A model generated the notes under the pieces. The model worked only from the letters and a program-made list of their open reading frames with translations. It searched no databases and was not told the origin of the DNA. A program made the position numbers and the translations under genes. DNA of 64,000 bases from Chiloscyllium plagiosum (Eukaryota): assembly GCF_004010195.1 (NCBI RefSeq), contig NC_057733.1, positions 52,066,228 through 52,130,227 on the forward strand, in the 5' to 3' direction. Positions 62,600 through 64,000 of this stretch are shown in pieces (position 1 is the first letter of the stretch; every line of letters begins with the position of its first letter).

Positions 62600-62910
62600 G
62601 GCTCTGTTAATGTATGTATAAATTTGTGAAAGTATCTATGCATATATCTGTATATACTGGTATTTGCATAGTGTATTTTGTGCATATGTACATTTCAAAG
62701 CCTGTGTTTATGCAATTGTTTGTGTTATTCATAGTGTCTTCATCTGGAAGTGTTTATGTATGTCCATATGTTTGTATCTTTGTGTGCATGTCTGTGCGTA
62801 TCCATGTGATCGTGTGTGTGTATGTGCATCTCAGTGTGTGTCCATGGCTATGTCCATAGATGTATCCGTCCGTGTGCATGGCCTGGTGGGTGTCTATGTG
62901 CATGTTATTG
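62600..62910. repeat. Degenerate (TG/TA)n low-complexity tract
   Basis: TGTGTGCATG / TGTATGT-rich sequence. Confidence 0.8.
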
Positions 62911-63136
62911 AACAGGGTTGCATAGGTGGAGCCAGATAAACTCTGATAGGATGGTGGGCACTCGGAGTAGAGGGTGTAAATGTGCAGGTGATGTAGAAGA
63001 TCAACAGTGTTGTTGTTGAATGACCAAGCAAGTCCAAATGGCCTACTCTACATTTTATGTGTTCATTTACGTTATGTGTTTCTCTGTATCTTTGCAGCTC
63101 TTTGTCAATATATGATTCACACATATGTGAGCTCAC

Positions 63137-63220
63137 CTCTGTGTCACTGGTTGTAGGGAAAGCATTTTTCAGATATCTGAAACGGGCTGCCCTGATTGCA
63201 TTGAACCAATCCACAATGTC
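63137..63220 (-). CDS. ADAP2: ADAP2 exon
   Basis: DIVDWFNAIRAARFRYLKNAFPTTSDTE; 84 nt. Confidence 0.93.
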
Positions 63221-63234
63221 CTAGGAACAAAACA

Positions 63235-63530
63235 GGAGAGTCAGTCATTAGGACTGAGACAGACAGACAGAGAAAAAGAGGGAGAGTCAGCATTGAGTGA
63301 AAGTCAGTTTTGGGGCAGAGAGAGAGTCAATATAGAAAGAGGGTCAGTATTGAGACAGATAGACTGGGAGAGGGAGAGTCATGTCGACAGAGGGTCAGTA
63401 TTGAGAGTGGATTAGTACTTGAACAGAGAGTGAGAGAAGGTCAGTATTGGGACAGACAGACAGACGGTGGGGGGGGGGGGGGGGGGGGGTCATATTGAGA
63501 GTGGATCAGGATTGGGACAGAGAGACACTG
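63235..63530. repeat. Degenerate GA-rich minisatellite with a G21 run (63469-63489)
   Basis: Recurring AGGGTCAGTATTGAGA(CAGA)n units. Confidence 0.75.
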
Positions 63531-63588
63531 AGGAATGTGTAGCTTCTGTTTGCTGTGGAGCTTTTGAGGCTGTTAGACCCTCCCTTAC

Positions 63589-63735
63589 CTTGCCGTTTTT
63601 GTGGTAGACAAACATACTCCTGGTACGCCCATCTTTCAGGTAGGTGATTTGCAGCCCATTTGGATTGCCAATTTTTTCTGGCTGGAATGTGGCATTAAGC
63701 TCTGACACGTGAATGACTCCTTTTGGCTCTTTATC
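63589..63735 (-). CDS. ADAP2: ADAP2 exon (first PH domain); upstream exons lie beyond the window
   Basis: DKEPKGVIHVSELNATFQPEKIGNPNGLQITYLKDGRTRSMFVYHKNGK; 147 nt. Confidence 0.93.
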
Positions 63736-64000
63736 CTGTTAAAACAGATTGTGTTGTTTCATTTGTAACACCTCTGCCTGCTTTCCTCTTCTCACACTGT
63801 ACTTGTGTGGTTTCTCCATGGGATATCAGATCCTGAACAGCTGGAATATCGGAATTATCCTGAAGGAGTCAGCCTGGGATGAAATGGAGTCGAGCATGGG
63901 AGAGATGGAGAGATGTGCAACTATGGAATGACATCTGCTCTTTTCATGTCATCTGTTTTTTTTTTAACAGATTCCAAGTAAACAAAATAAATTCGTAATT

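Noticed and set aside
62614-62939. Cys/Val-rich ORFs
   Set aside because: Translation artefacts of a (TG)n-rich intronic tract.

Overview
Eukaryotic (vertebrate) genomic DNA, most likely a cartilaginous fish such as a bamboo/carpet shark. This is inferred from abundant HE1-type V-SINEs, HER1/CR1 LINEs and Deu-domain SINEs. Three genes are present: the first coding exon of C17orf75/Njmu-R1 (minus strand, 87-211); a complete 11-exon ZNF207/BuGZ gene (plus strand, CDS 9243-31797, 485 aa, intron 1 is U12-type); and the last six coding exons of an ADAP2/centaurin-alpha gene (minus strand, 57947-63735). The rest is mostly retroelement debris: many CR1 fragments, an internally deleted L1 with intact ends and TSD, and Penelope-derived fold-back elements carrying minimal hammerhead ribozyme cores and 12-16 bp TSDs. 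The most striking unexplained signal is a duplicated four-way-junction (cloverleaf) RNA structure in the ZNF207 3' UTR region (32322-32388 and 33003-33075). Its stems are preserved by consistent substitutions while all loops differ. Homology calls rest on recalled protein sequences, not database searches, and repeat boundaries are approximate.
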